A stretch of 63,642 bases of DNA, filler included, from Phoronis australis (lineage: Eukaryota > Animalia > Phoronida), in the NCBI GenBank assembly GCA_002633005.1. It is 5 parts of 5 records of this genome, joined end to end, with 100 filler letters (N's around TTAATTAATTAA, not from the genome) between each part and the next. Parts side by side here need not be neighbours in the genome. Positions count along the whole stretch, not along the records: positions 11,295 to 20,520 come from NMRA01001152.1; positions 20,621 to 47,048 come from NMRA01000021.1; 3 more parts are not named here. One strand, given 5' to 3'. Each line of letters begins with the position of its first letter. Position 1 is the first letter of the stretch. The notes beneath the pieces were generated by a model. It had not been told where the DNA came from, made no database searches, and saw only the letters and a program-made list of their open reading frames with translations. Positions 13,113 through 26,300 of the stretch are shown here, piece after piece. The translations under genes were made by a program, and so were the position numbers.

Positions 13113-13258
13113 TTAAGCCATATGACCCCTGTGAAAATGCACAGGCCTCTAAATCTTGAAAAGCCACCTTGTGACTTTGGCATGTGGTTCTCAATAAAAC
13201 TGAAAATGCAAGTGAAATTCGGTACTGAAAGGGTACATTTGCATTTATCAACTTGTAC

Positions 13259-15150
13259 CTTGATCACAAGCTTGTCCTGTGTACCCTGTCGCACATGAAC
13301 AGCCGTAAGGGTCGATGTAACATATGCTCTTCCCCATACAACCGACTGTAACATTGTCGGAACACTGTGATGTACAATTGAAGCCGAATGTGTTTGGGCC
13401 GCACGCTGTAATGGAAATAACAATCTAATTAGGAAGATTCGTCGCTGAAACGGATACAGTTTTTGGAAAAAAGATGCCTGACTTTAAAAAAATTCTATTA
13501 CATTAGATGAGCTTTTACAGTATAACACCAAGTTTAGAAACTAATTAATAGACATAAATTCTTTATCGCAATGGAACTGGAAATTACTTCCACGTTTTTA
13601 CTTCGCCTTGCAAGTGGTTCCTAAGAATAATTACGTAGTTCATGGTTTCGCTCTTACAGCTATGTCATATTTTACATGACAAAATAGTCGATGATATTTT
13701 GCTATTATCAACTCCTCATCATCATCATCGTCACCATCGTCTTCACCATCATCATCAACATCATCTTCATCATAACATCATCATCATTATCAACATCATA
13801 ATCATCGTCGTCGTCATCGTCGTCGTCGTCGTCATCGCCATGCTCTTCGTTATTACGACTGTAGTATTCAACAGCGTCATTCAGTAATGAAGCATCGTGG
13901 AACGAGTGAAAGTAGCTGTTAGTGCGAATAGATCAAACAGTGACTTATATAAATCTTCCGTCAACATCTCAAAATGACATTATAAACGCCCTTGACAAGG
14001 ACAGGGACAGTCCAGAAAACAAAGAAACAGCAGAAATTTAGGAGATAATTTGTACAAATAATTGTGCTAGATATATAATGTGGGGGCTCTTACCAAGACA
14101 TTTTGGCTAGAGGGACTTTTTAATTTTACAGTATGAACCGAAAAGGTTTACACTCATCCATCCATACATACTTCAAAAGGTCCTAGAAAACGTTTCAAGC
14201 ACAGTGATTCAGATGTTGAAATACAAATTTTTTCGGCACGACTGAGGGTTGCTCTCACATTTGTTTCGCTCTTTCACCCACTGAACCAAACCTCATTACT
14301 CCTAGCGAATTACAAGCAAGGCACTTAGTGAGAAATCGGTTGTCAGACACAAGTATGAGGGCTGGTACCATGACCAACGGATTAGAATTGATTAATCTGG
14401 ATTTACCTGTTGAACAGTCTGGTCCTTTAAACCCAGGAGCGCAGATGCATTCTCCAACTACGTCATGACAAACGCCTCCATTTAAACATAACGGACAGTT
14501 ATGTTCACACGAACCGCCGTACTTTCCTTGTGGACAAACTATAACAAGAGAATTTGTCCATTTTCAGATGTTGAGCTCCAATAAGAAGATTCAGTTGATG
14601 TGTAGAACAAGATTTGTAGGTGTAAAGGTCTGATTAAACTTGTTACGCTGAAATATGCCGACTTCCTGACTTCTTGTTTAAACACGGTTGCAGTTTGATT
14701 TTTACATAACACATAACCATTTTTACATGAGAACGCAAATACTAAAAATGAGGCTGACTTTTGTTTTGCACAAAGGCTTTGTATTTGAATTATAAAGCAC
14801 GCATCATAAGATAGTGGTTTGTTGAAATTAACGCTTCAGAATACTCCACCTAGTGTACAACAATCTCAAACTCTACTTCGTAAACTCACCTCTTACAATA
14901 AGTCGTAACATGTCTCTAGGTGACAGTGGTGCTGAGGCAGGTCCGGTGTAGTGGTGCAGTACGTAGACTCCGCCATGACCGATATGAACTTTGTCTATTA
15001 CATTACTGAACTTGCCATTCCACGAAGCTATTGATCCAGAACCATAGAAAGCTCCACCATCTTTTGTCCACCTTGCGTTGAGACGAGAGATTGACTGCTG
15101 TTGTAGACTCACGTTTGTGTCGTTAACACTCACCCGCACTGTCTTGTGAG
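13259..15150 (-). CDS. Tie/TEK-like receptor ectodomain, partial: Ig exon ~14890-15150, EGF exon 14407-14538, EGF exon 13259-13405
   Basis: Phase-1 symmetric GT-AG exons: ...HGGVYVLHHYTGPASAPLSPRDMLRLIVR|VCPQGKYGGSCEHNCPLCLNGGVCHDVVGECICAPGFKGPDCST|ACGPNTFGFNCTSQCSDNVTVGCMGKSICYIDPYGCSCATGYTGQACDQ. RLIVR-C, GVCH..GECIC.PGF and DPYGCSCATG are Tie-family hallmarks. 5' boundary of the Ig exon is uncertain. Confidence 0.88.
13714..13840. repeat. (CAT/CGT)n low-complexity microsatellite
   Basis: Directly visible; source of the poly-H/I/V ORF. Confidence 0.9.
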
Positions 15151-16969
15151 CTGTTGATATTGCAAAAGAAATGGGATTCTGATTCAGCCTACAGTATTAT
15201 CTTTCACCGTTACTTACCAACTATTTAATTCTCATTTAAGGTTATTTCGATTAGGCTTACTTTAACTTTTCTGGAACCCAATCTAGGCGAAATAAGCTGT
15301 GAACAGTAGTTGAGACAAACCGTCGAAAAGTTCGCATAACAGTGTGCAAAGCATTGCTAGTCAAATGGTAATAATTTCTATTAACAACGATAACTAATGA
15401 GGACGCATGAAACAATAAAGTATTGTATTTAATGTCCACGTCGGTTTTTAACTTTGATCCAAACCCAACTGGCATATTTAGTCAAAGATGTGAATGTCAA
15501 TAATTGAGTAACATCTTTTAACATTAAAATGTTGTGGAGCCTTCACAGAACTATTCCAAATTCTTCGCAATATATTTCAATGTTCCTTCGCAAAAATTGA
15601 CTGATAGATTTCGATTTTTAATCCTGGAAAAGTTCAAAATTTGGCTAACTTAGGCTGATTAGATTCAAATGGTTTGTGAGCTTTACTGCAATCGTGAGTA
15701 CTAAGTGTTAAGAGTTTTATTTAAACAAGAACAACGCCACAGATCATTGGTATGCGTCCATCGTGTGCATCACAAATGACAAATGCATAAGGGATGCTCA
15801 TTTCTTCAAACATCTTCACGCATTAGAATGAACAACACTAGTACCATCCAACAATTAGAAAAATGTAATCCCATTAAATAATAAGATTCCCGAAAGCGGA
15901 TAACGAAAGCATCATCGAGAACAGTAAAAAATGCGCATGTATTGTTCCTTCTTCATTTTATGACGATTTTCATCAAACATAGCAAATAATGACCGCCACT
16001 ACAAGGCGCAGAATTACATGTAAGCAAAATCGTTCCGAGTCAGCCCGGTTTTCGTAGATTAAAGTTGGTCGTCTTTTGTAACACGTATCTGTCCAGTTTT
16101 ACGGTGCTGCTCTAAAGGATTTGGTTGTTATAGATGCAGAGGCAAAAACGGAAAAGTGCCACAAAAGGGGGGTACAGTCACACTCTGATCCGTCTGATAG
16201 ATAAGTCAACGTAAGCCATGCTTTCGTTAAAAGGAACACACCTCCCAAATTACTTGACAATGTAAAGAACTTAGCGGTTCTAGATACTGAAAAATACCCA
16301 AAATACACTCACTAGGTGGCGTAGCACTAGGCAGATTCGTCCAAAAATCAACTTTAGTCTTGCTCTCTACGATAGGAACAACAAACATTTACCAAACTTG
16401 AGAAATTGAGGGAGGTTCAAAAATGAAACGTGACTACGGGGCATCGCGGTATTGATTCAATCTACCATGAACTCCACAATAGTCAGGCTCTCGTCCAAAG
16501 AAACACGGCCCTCAAAATTCATAGCAATCTAGTTTGTAAATTACTAAAACTACGGTATTCTAATGATTCTGAGAATTAATTTTAGCCATACTCTAGTCAA
16601 AAGGAACACATCACCCAATTTACATTACGATCCCTCTAGCCGTTTGGCAGATTGACAGGCAAACGCCAAAACGGAACAATATAAACGTTGGAAGTTGTCA
16701 CTGTGGGGCGCAGCAGTGGTCGATTACACACATTTTGTGTAGCGTCGTTTCAAACACATCTACTAAATTTCAAAAAGATCCATTGAGTGACTTTGTAGAT
16801 ATAGAGGCAAATACAAATGCTTAAAATTGCTATGGTTGGCACAGTAGCGGTAGGATCTGTTCACAAATCGTGGTCGTCCTAATTATAGAACACGATTTTT
16901 TGAAGATACAGCTGCTAACGCCAGAAGGAGCCAGACAGAGATGACAGCAATGTGGAACACTGTGATTGC

Positions 16970-17010
16970 ATGTGTGTGCGTGCGTGCGCGTGTGTGTGTG
17001 TGTGTGCGAG
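16970..17010. repeat. (TG)n microsatellite
   Basis: Directly visible. Confidence 0.85.
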
Positions 17011-17495
17011 CGTGAAAGTGCGTAAAACAACACGACAGTTTAGAAAATTCTGACTGCTTTCACAAGATATCATCTTGAGTATTGATATCAAACAATTTGA
17101 ATAAGTAATTAAAATTGTTTTGCTATGGATGAGTGTGTTTTGCTTAACTTTGCTAAAGGAATTGCCGTGTTACACAATAAGCGATGAAAGGCATCAGGCT
17201 CATAATTTAATACTATACACTTTCTACGTTCACAAAACAATACTTTAGCTGAGTTAAAAGCCTGCCTTAAACGGTATCATAAATAAGTTAACTTCTTGCA
17301 CTGTGTGAAACGTATCCCCCATGTCCCTCTGAGCACAATGGAGACATGAATTGCCAAATGTAAGGAGCGCTTAGATTCATCCGCTGAATTTCGTTCATTT
17401 CACTGCTATAACACTCAGTAGCGGCTCACATTGGAGTTCTATTCTGACACTACGGTAGAGACATTCTTCACCCGCCGATGTGAATATTCAAATTA

Positions 17496-18137
17496 TGTCA
17501 GGAGTGGACTGACACTGTTCTTAGTTTTATTATATTGTTCTGTTGTTCTATGAGTGTTCTAGCAGATAATTATTGATTGACATGACCACTAACGTCACGT
17601 CAGAGATGATGTAATTTGTTTACCAAAGAATAGTTTGGAATATTCCTGAAAAATCTAGCATCTAAATGATTAATGTAATCTGGAACATTCTAAGGCCTAG
17701 TATTGGTGAAAAGTTCAAGAATATTTCATGCGACTATGAATACCCAAGCAAGGGTTTGTGACAGTTAGTTAGAAGTTGATGATCAGTTGAAAGTTGAAAA
17801 CCAGTTAGTTACAAGACAGTTGAGTTGCAGTGAAAAGAATCAGCAGTTACAGCGAAAGTCAATAGAGAACTAGCTATAGAGACAGCAGGTTATTGAATCA
17901 ACGGGTGTAACAGTTGCTGGAAGAGTCTCAGTTCATCACAAGTCAAGGCTTCGCAGCACTGGCTGGAGCACAGAGGAGACATAAGGTCGGACGTTTTGTT
18001 TTGAGTAGGCTTGTGAACGAACGGTGGAGATTAATAAAGTGGTTGACTCAAACCAGTCTTCATTCTATCGTCGCACCGAAAGCTTAACACCGGTTAGTAA
18101 CAACCTGCACCCACCCACACACGGGAAAAACGTGACA
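17496..18137 (+). mobile_element. Solo LTR (642 bp) with 5-bp TSD AATTA
   Basis: aatta|TGTCA...TGACA|aatta; internal AATAAA at ~18033. Confidence 0.85.
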
Positions 18138-18375
18138 AATTATTGCTATTTTAACCACACCATACACTGGAAAACTCGACTTTGGTCGAATTTGCAAAAT
18201 AAAATCCGAGTGTAGACGGGTTGCCAAAAACACCTTCAAAAAGTTGGCAGAGTTTTCTAGAAGTTAAGCAGAGTTTGTTAGAATTTAGCCAGATGTGGCT
18301 AGAAGTTAGTCTGAGTTTGAAATGTAGACTGGTTGTTAAACTCGCCAAAACATCAAAAAGATCGAGTGTACTCAT

Positions 18376-18647
18376 CATGCACTCACCCAGCCTAAATTAT
18401 AGGGGGGCTCGAATTTCCGACTGTGTGGACCTTTTACTAACAAAAAATACGGGGGGGACTAAAACAAAAAATACGGGGTACCACGTTCAGAGCTGTGAAT
18501 TGTGCGTTCGTGCCTTTTTAGTGAACTTTTGTCTCGATATTTCGGACTTTTTATTTCTATGAGGCGGACCTTTTTACCCATTTAGCCAAATGGGGGAGGG
18601 AGGGGGCTTGTTCGAGCACCCCGAGCCCTCCATTAGGTGTGCGCATG
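18376..18647 (+). mobile_element. CATG-terminus MITE with 5-bp TSD CTCAT
   Basis: ctcat|catgcactcacccag ... gtgtgcgcatg|ctcat. Confidence 0.8.
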
Positions 18648-19229
18648 CTCATGTAGTTTGCTGTTTTATCGCGGTGACGCAATACGGTGTGAAAAAGTTA
18701 ATCTCAACAGTCCAATGCCTCAGTAAAATCCGTTCGAGGAAGTCTTTAAATCTATTCTTGTTTTGCAGATGTTTGGCCAAATGCACGCTTCTAATGTTAA
18801 AGTAACATCAGTCGGTGGATGGAATACGTTGCGACATTATTGAACCATCTAAATGAGCATTCAAAACGTTATTCAGTTATTCTAGACATCGACTGTTCAG
18901 AGGACGTTTTGATATCAGATAGCTGGTGACGTCAAAGTCGTTTTAATTCAGTTTAAATTTAACCATCAAAAAGACACTGCACGTAAATTTACTAAAAAGT
19001 TGTTCGAGATGCAAATATTTATTCAAAATAGTAATGTTCAACCAAATGTGCAGATTTAGAAGAAATGTAACACACTGAACAGTATGCAGTGATGAACATG
19101 TTCAAACACGTGTTGATTTGCATTTGAAAAAGAACAAATAGCTTGCAAACTGAACTTGTCTAATGACAGTAAGGCTAACAACTTCCGATATAATGACAAT
19201 TCAAAACCTTTCAAACACTGGAGGCACTT

Positions 19230-19715
19230 ATAAATACCTGTAATACCTGTAATACCTGTCACGGACAGGATCATTGGGGATATGCTGGTGCATTAATCCC
19301 CTCCCCAGACCATCCCCGTGACAGCAGAAGGCGCAGAACTCCAGGGCTGACGTTGCCTGCAAGCATTTGATTAGATAGCACTCGGGCACGGCCCTTCTTG
19401 TGACTCTTCGCAGCATGGCCATAAATAATACCGGCTTCCAGCAGGCGGCTGCCATCATTGAACTCAGCCAGCTGGGATGCAGTCTGCTCGTGGTTGCGTT
19501 TGCGAGCCAGCAGCTTAACGTCAGCCGAATATAAGTAGAGGGGTTGGTTGGTGGTGCATGAGCCAGCGAGGTAATCTGCACGCTCATTAATCAAGACACC
19601 GGCGTGGCCAGGTACGAACGACCAGATCACCACATGATGAGGGTGGCGTGATCGGAAGACACCCCAGTTGGCACTTATAAAGTACTCCAGAGAGTAAGAT
19701 TCCGAAACCAAATAA
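19230..19715 (-). mobile_element. 5'-truncated non-LTR retrotransposon 3' end with RNase H C-terminal motif
   Basis: ORF 19271-19711 contains IWSFVPGHAGVLINERADYLA (RNase H WVPGHxG..NE.AD.LA motif), followed by a 3' tandem tail (ACAGGTATT)3. Confidence 0.8.
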
Positions 19716-20328
19716 CATCCAAAGAAATGGGTCTTTTCAATTTTTTTTAATCAACCTTAAAGTTGAAAAATGCAGACCCTTGGCCAGCATTGCGCTGAGG
19801 GTGGTTTGAAATTCCAAAACGGTGGACCCTTTGATCACATTTCGCAAACGTCGGTCAGGCTTCCTTATCACCCTTAGGCTGCTAAACCCAACGGAACCAA
19901 GTATATACGAGAATTACTCTTAGCGGCTCCATTTTCCTAAGATAAGTTGGAATTCGTACAGGGTCTAATCCAAGAAATGAGGATGCCATGACGGTTACTC
20001 GCGAAAAACGGGACCCAAATTCGGATGCATCGTGGTTCACCAAGTTTTCTTTATGGATTACTGAGTGTTACCCTCTGCCAAACTTTCAAACCATGGGTGC
20101 TTTCAAAAATGAGTGATTGTACTCCATCACATCCCTTGACGCCAACATTTAGTCAGTGAATGACTTGCACAAATGTTTGTCAGGTTACTTAAGATGCTCA
20201 TAGCATTGGAAATGGGAATTGTCCACTATTCCGAAGAGATTGAAGGAGAATGCCACCCGATTTAATTAGTCTTTTTTGCCGTATTAATCGGTCTATATCC
20301 ACATCGCCTCGCAAACGGTCGATCTTAC

Positions 20329-20352
20329 CTTGCCAAGAGGTGTCGCGTTAAC
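20329..20352 (-). other. Candidate 24-nt microexon (VNATPLGK if phase 0)
   Basis: ctgac branch-like site, then tttctcaccttcctcacag|GTTAACGCGACACCTCTTGGCAAG|gtaaga. Confidence 0.5.
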
Positions 20353-20520
20353 CTGTGAGGAAGGTGAGAAACGACGCTAACGACGTCAGTGGTTCATATG
20401 CAGAGTGAATGCCGCTATGTTGCGGTGCATTGTTCCCGCTTGTCCGAACTAAGCAGCTGCGAGGAAAGCGGGTATATCGTTTTTTTTTTTTACTTCCACT
20501 AGAGTCCGAAATGCAGTGCC

Positions 20521-20620
20521 NNNNNNNNNNNNNNNNNNNNNNNNNNNNNNNNNNNNNNNNNNNNTTAATTAATTAANNNNNNNNNNNNNNNNNNNNNNNN
20601 NNNNNNNNNNNNNNNNNNNN
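20521..20620. other. Artificial assembly linker
   Basis: N44-TTAATTAATTAA-N44. Confidence 0.95.
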
Positions 20621-21616
20621 GATAATTTGAACTTGAACAGGTATAGCTAGAGTGATTACATCATTCTCAGAATGAGTGGTCCAAACAACCTGAGAACATT
20701 GTAATCTTGATTGACCAGCAGAGCCTGGGGTGAAGTAAAAGAGTTCAATATTCAACAGCTGAGAGATCAGACCCAAACCCCTGTGGCCCTGCATTACATA
20801 CCTGTGTGTATAAAGATAGAGATTAAAGATCTCAGTTGACAACAGCAGACAATATAGGTGTGGACATTAACCTCACTGTCCATACAGTTAGTATTCACTG
20901 CATTAACATAATAGCTTCGATTAATAACATGTATACAAATTCAAATGAACTGGTGATTAAATTAAACAACTTTAATTCGAAAACTGGTTAATTCATTTTC
21001 AAAAATATCATTTCCACTGATTACCAATAAAAAGCATTGAATGGATGAGGAAAGGAAAAATAGCAACAAATTGGGAGATAATTAGCTTTTTAATTAGGTA
21101 ACAGCAAAGACCAAAGATGTCTTGGTCTCCACACAGGTAAGACGTTTCAGAGGTAAGTGTGAAGCCACTCAGGTGTCTGAAGACAGGTCAGAGATCTCAA
21201 AACAAGGTTGATATTGATCAAACCATTGTAAGACGGTCAGGATTGTATCAGGAGAATGCCGTTTTACATGACTGACTGACTGTGCGGAAAAAAGACTTTA
21301 AACCCACTCTTCGGGTTTCAGATGGTTATAAGGTCAGTTGGAATGCTCGATTGTAACTACTCAGAAGACTAACAAAAGTGTCAGTGAGTAATGATAATCA
21401 AGGTTATGTCCACGCACAGACTTATCGCAGAACAACTAGCATTAGTGCAACTTGCCCCAACAAGCGGATGGTCCACACACTCATATCCGATAATTAGCGC
21501 AAGGCGGAAGGTGCCACTCTGTGCATGACAATGAACAGCTGATGCGAACACAGTGTGAAAAAGAAGACCCTTGTGTATGCAACCACAACTGATAATTACT
21601 TCCGCCTTACTCCAGG

Positions 21617-21802
21617 TTTGCGGCCACACAGCGATTAGAAATGGCGCAAATTACCCTGGAACAAGTTACCCTACCTCGATAAGCTGGAGTAAGCTGTCAC
21701 AAGGGAACAAGTTGTACTAGTTAAAATCTTGGCAGCCCCCAAACCTAGTAACAACTCGTTCCAGGAGTAACTTGTTCTTGGGTAAGTATGTGTGTGGACG
21801 GC
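21617..21802. mobile_element. Degenerate palindromic MITE
   Basis: gcggccacacag...ttaccctggaacaagttac and gtaacttgttcttgggtaa...gtgtgtggacggc form imperfect inverted ends. Confidence 0.45.
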
Positions 21803-23138
21803 ATATAAGATGTTTACGAAACACTGACTGACACAGTGACACTGGCAACTTGCACTCAGATCACATAAATCTGATTAAAATCTATCTTCTTCAGTATAGG
21901 GTACAAATACAAATCTTTATTTGACTCAACTCCCACATTCAGGTGCACCACATAAAGACATTCTCTGTGTACAAGAGCTTCCAATGCTGATCCTGAACAA
22001 ATGCCAACATTCCGGTTGTTCAGACACTCATTATGGGACACTTCAAACTCAGTTTTAATGTTGTGTGCCTGCTAACATTACCTAAAATTACAGAGCATTC
22101 CATTAGCCAGCCATGTAAAGACATAGCCAGGACTGTGCACTTGTGTGTGGAGGTCCATCTATTTTCAGTAGGAACAGTGACACTTGTATAAATTACTGTT
22201 TAGAAATGGCATTGCTGTCATCCTGTCAAAGCACTCAACCATGCCCAAATAAAAAATACCAACGACCCTATGTCTTACTAAAAAGCTTACAAAAATGAAT
22301 ATCTTGTGAACTTGGAAAGCACTATTTCCCCCATGCATGTCATGGGAAAATCAAAATGTCCACTGCGTCCGTTATCTTAAGGAGTAAATATTAAGATATC
22401 TTGACCTATTTTGTACTTCCAAAACAGTTTACATTTAGAGCTGGTAAAAGTCATCATGTCTGTGTAAATAAACAGCAGCAATTGTACTAACTTGGTTATG
22501 ACAAAAATACACAATAATTATAAAAACGAGTCACTTCAGATTTTAATCAGACAGCACACATTCCGACAAATTGTTTACGTGCAAAAGTCGTTTTTGAGGT
22601 CAGAGAAAATTGCAAAATTAAAACCAGATTCTTTCCAGAACTGATCACATACCCCTCAACCTTGCATATAGCTGCACCCTATTTAATGTCCAGTTAGGCT
22701 AAGTTGGGAGTATAGAACTAGCTCTATCTTCTGCGCACCCAATGTATTAGGGAGCAAAGCTTAGTGGTCACGTGCAAAGCTTGAATGCAAGGCGTTATCT
22801 CGCGTGATCTTGCTTTTTATACATCTACAGAATGCAGGCCGGCTTTTGCTAGAACCAAATCAGTAGTCACAAGGCAGGTACCCGACAACATTAAGCCGTA
22901 ACTTCCAATTTGCTTGGGTGAATTCAGACACAGGATTGGTAGGATTCAACAATGACAGACAACCTCCGGCTTTTTGAGAGTGTCAATGTTCTGAAAACTT
23001 GGACAAGGGTTCTTTCAGCTGTGTGATGTTGCCTGTACTAGATAGGTTAACTATTGTTTGAATCTGTTGTATATTACAGTGGACTGTCTTGTACAGACTA
23101 AACACAATATTGAGGGAGTGTACACACATAAAAAGGGG

Positions 23139-23338
23139 TATACAGACCCTGTGGTGTTTTTGTGAGCTAACCAGTATGAAATCATGAGCTGTGTTCCCTA
23201 AAAAGAGTATACAGACCCTGCGGTGTTTTTCTTTTTGAGATGACCAGTATGAAATCATGAGCTGCGTTCCCTCAAAGAGTATACAGACCCTGTACTGTTT
23301 TTGTGAGCAGACAGTGTGAAATTATGAGCTGCGTTCCC
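23139..23338. repeat. ~70-bp minisatellite, 3 copies
   Basis: Unit tatacagaccctg...tgaaatcatgagctg(t/c)gttccc repeated three times. Confidence 0.85.
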
Positions 23339-26300
23339 AAGATGCAACAACTTATGTGAGGTCCTTATGACTACATAATGCAGGCCTGTTCTAGGTGTAT
23401 GCAGAGCTCAATGATACCAAAGCGCCTCTGGTCTAGCGAATTTTGCTTCCAGGCATTAAAATAAGCACAAAAATACTTATAACTATTCGTTGTAAAGGTG
23501 TTTTCAACACATCAAAAGCTTTCAACTTCTTGGTTTTACTTCAAGTTTCAAAAAATAAGTTCTTAACCCTGGTAAGGCAAAATTAAAGGTACTATGCTAA
23601 ATGCCAGGACAGATCCAGGATTTCAACAAATGGTCAAAACTCCCTAATCTTCCCTCACAGAGCGCAATTCTGTTCTCAAACACAATTCTTTTTCCATAAA
23701 CCGCACATATGTATATCAAGTTGTAGTGTCAAGACAGATCTGATATATTGTGCCAATCACGAGTAGAATAAATTATCATACACCCGCATCTCAGGCCTTC
23801 TGTCAGTCATAAAACAAAAGCGGTTCATGAGAAAAGAACTGAATTCCTAAGAACTAGATTTCCGTTGATGAGAGAAGCGCTAACAGCTAGGAAGAAAAGA
23901 ATCGTGATAATGAGTCTGTTAGTGAGAAAGCGAGGGCAGGTGGCGAGGAAATAGTATTGTCTACCTTTAAACTGTGGTGTGCCCATTCATATTTTTTTCA
24001 TGAGAAATTAAGCATTTATCAGTCATGAATGATTATAAGGGTAAACTTTTTGATCAGGTTTTGAGTAAACATGGAATATAGAAGGAATATAGAATGACTT
24101 AATTCTCTTTTTATCTTGCAAAGTTAAAGAATGTATTTCCAAGAGAGTTTCCACCAACAAGACACACAGCCTGACTCAGAACGATGACTTTTCCATCAGA
24201 AAAAGAGCGACGATTGTCTATCAAAAGAAGTGAAGTAAATTTCAACAGTAGAACTCTACAATACAGGGATTAATTTAGCTAAAGCTGCACATCATATCGA
24301 CAGCTGTAGACAATTAATGCACTGAGTCCAAAGAAATCAGCCAAGCGCTGGTTAAGAAATGTATAACCACAATTTCTCTTTCTCAAGATGAGTATGGCCA
24401 AGTCCTTGAGTTCAGAACACTGTTTACACAAGCCCTGTCAAGGTGGCCATGCAGTCACTGAAGGGTTTCCACAAAACACAACTATGGCCACCAAGCTGTG
24501 TGCAAAACAAATACTATGTACAATGCCCATGAATGGATTATTGTATTGGTGAGTTGCTGTCAGGATGTGCAGTATTGACTCTGAAGGGGAAAATCTGTGT
24601 AATCAGTGTTGTAGAAATGTAACAAGATGGTTTGCTGTATCAATTTATAAGTTAACAATTGAGAATATGGAGTTGAGAATCCTGCAGACAAGTATCTTCA
24701 TCTTTGACGGAGAATGGAATTATTACAAATGAGTCAAATCTCATGCAAAGGAATGAGTGAGACGGATACTTTCAGTAGTAAAAATTTAAAATTTAGTAAA
24801 AAATAGCCTACTCCATGTTGAAAATAAAGCCACAAGAGAAGAATGGAAAAGCTCTGCCCTTGCAGAAAGTCATACAGAGAATAATCAGAATAGCCCAGAG
24901 CAGAACTCAAGCAGTAAAGTTTAAGAGTTGAATTAGAAACTCGCAAAAATCTAAAGAGAACATGAAAGCATAAAAAATGGCACCTGAGTTTTGCATCATC
25001 AGTATGCAGAAATCATGTACTAAGTTCAAAAGAGTACAGTAATTCTCCGTTTATTTACATATTGCGCAAACGTTATTGACGTAATATTCAATTTTCCATT
25101 TTTCAAAGGTCGATTTCTCTGCTACTAACAGTGGAAGCATTCTCATCAATAAAACTATTGTCTATCAAAATTCCATCACAACTTCCCTCACCTTTCCCAC
25201 GAACTACACTCCAGTAGTAACATAGGGGTTGCCGCTAATTCTAGGGATTTAGCACCAAATGGTGAAATTGACTCGCATTCGATTTGAACACCGCGTTGCA
25301 TGTGTATCGGGATTACCCCCTACCATTGCGGAGTTAAACTTTCCCAATGTAGGGGAGTTGCATAACTGCAAAATTTAAATCTATTTTCAGAAGAGTTGCA
25401 ATAGTTTGGAAATTGTGCTTTCCCACAAGTCAAAACTCCTCTAAACAGGGAGACCGTAGCAGCTTTGACAGGAAAGCAATCTTAAGGTACTTGGATTTAA
25501 TGTCACATGTTACACACCGGAACACCTCATATACATAACTGATAGAGAAATGAAAAACAATTTCCTTTGCCCAAATCAGGAAAGGCCAACAAGTCCAGGA
25601 AGGAAGTAAATAAATAGGTTCAGTTGGTTTGATCTTCCCTAATACATATTGTACCCAAAATATGAGGAAGATGAAGTGATTACAGATAACATTTTCAACA
25701 ACTGGATTATTTGACTTGAAATTTCAATGCTAACAGTTCAGACATTTCTGATGCTGACCTTCTTAACACACAGTAAAAATGTCACTTTGGGCCCCTGGAA
25801 TAGTGTCTCACCATTTTCCTGGCAGGTGGTCACCCGGCCATAAACCAAAGGTAAACCAACTGTGTTTAACATTCAGTGTGTGAACTCAGAAGGCATACTT
25901 AAGAAAACATCTTCGCAAAAGGAGACAATAAAAAACATTATTTTGCTAACTATTACAGCAGGGTCGCTGCTATTCATTAGGTTCCTTTGTGCTTCTATTC
26001 ATGGGTCAAAATAACTATGGGTGAATAGGCGGAGTTTAGAGTTCACAATAAATTGTGGACTTTCTAAACAGACTGTAGAGGCTAGTAAACACATGTGTTT
26101 ATCTAGCTTTTAATTGAAATAGTTTAATAATTTCTTAATGCTGATCTTTTAAACAGTCTTGTAACAACACCAGTCGTCATATGAGTATGTAGGGACCCGA
26201 CAAAACACGCGCATTGTTTCCGACTTCATACCAACGACTGTATATGGCTTAAACAAAATGGAGGGAAGGTTGAAAAACTTTGTTTTGAAATTAATTAGGC

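Noticed and set aside
16305-16325. CTCF-like motifs (cactaggtggcg; also ~1160, ~38178, ~57131)
   Set aside because: Short motifs, several within probable TE remnants; not supportable without ChIP data.
23139-23338. Regularly spaced repeats as a possible CRISPR-like array (also 46488-46781)
   Set aside because: Head-to-tail units without unique spacers, eukaryotic context, no cas genes.
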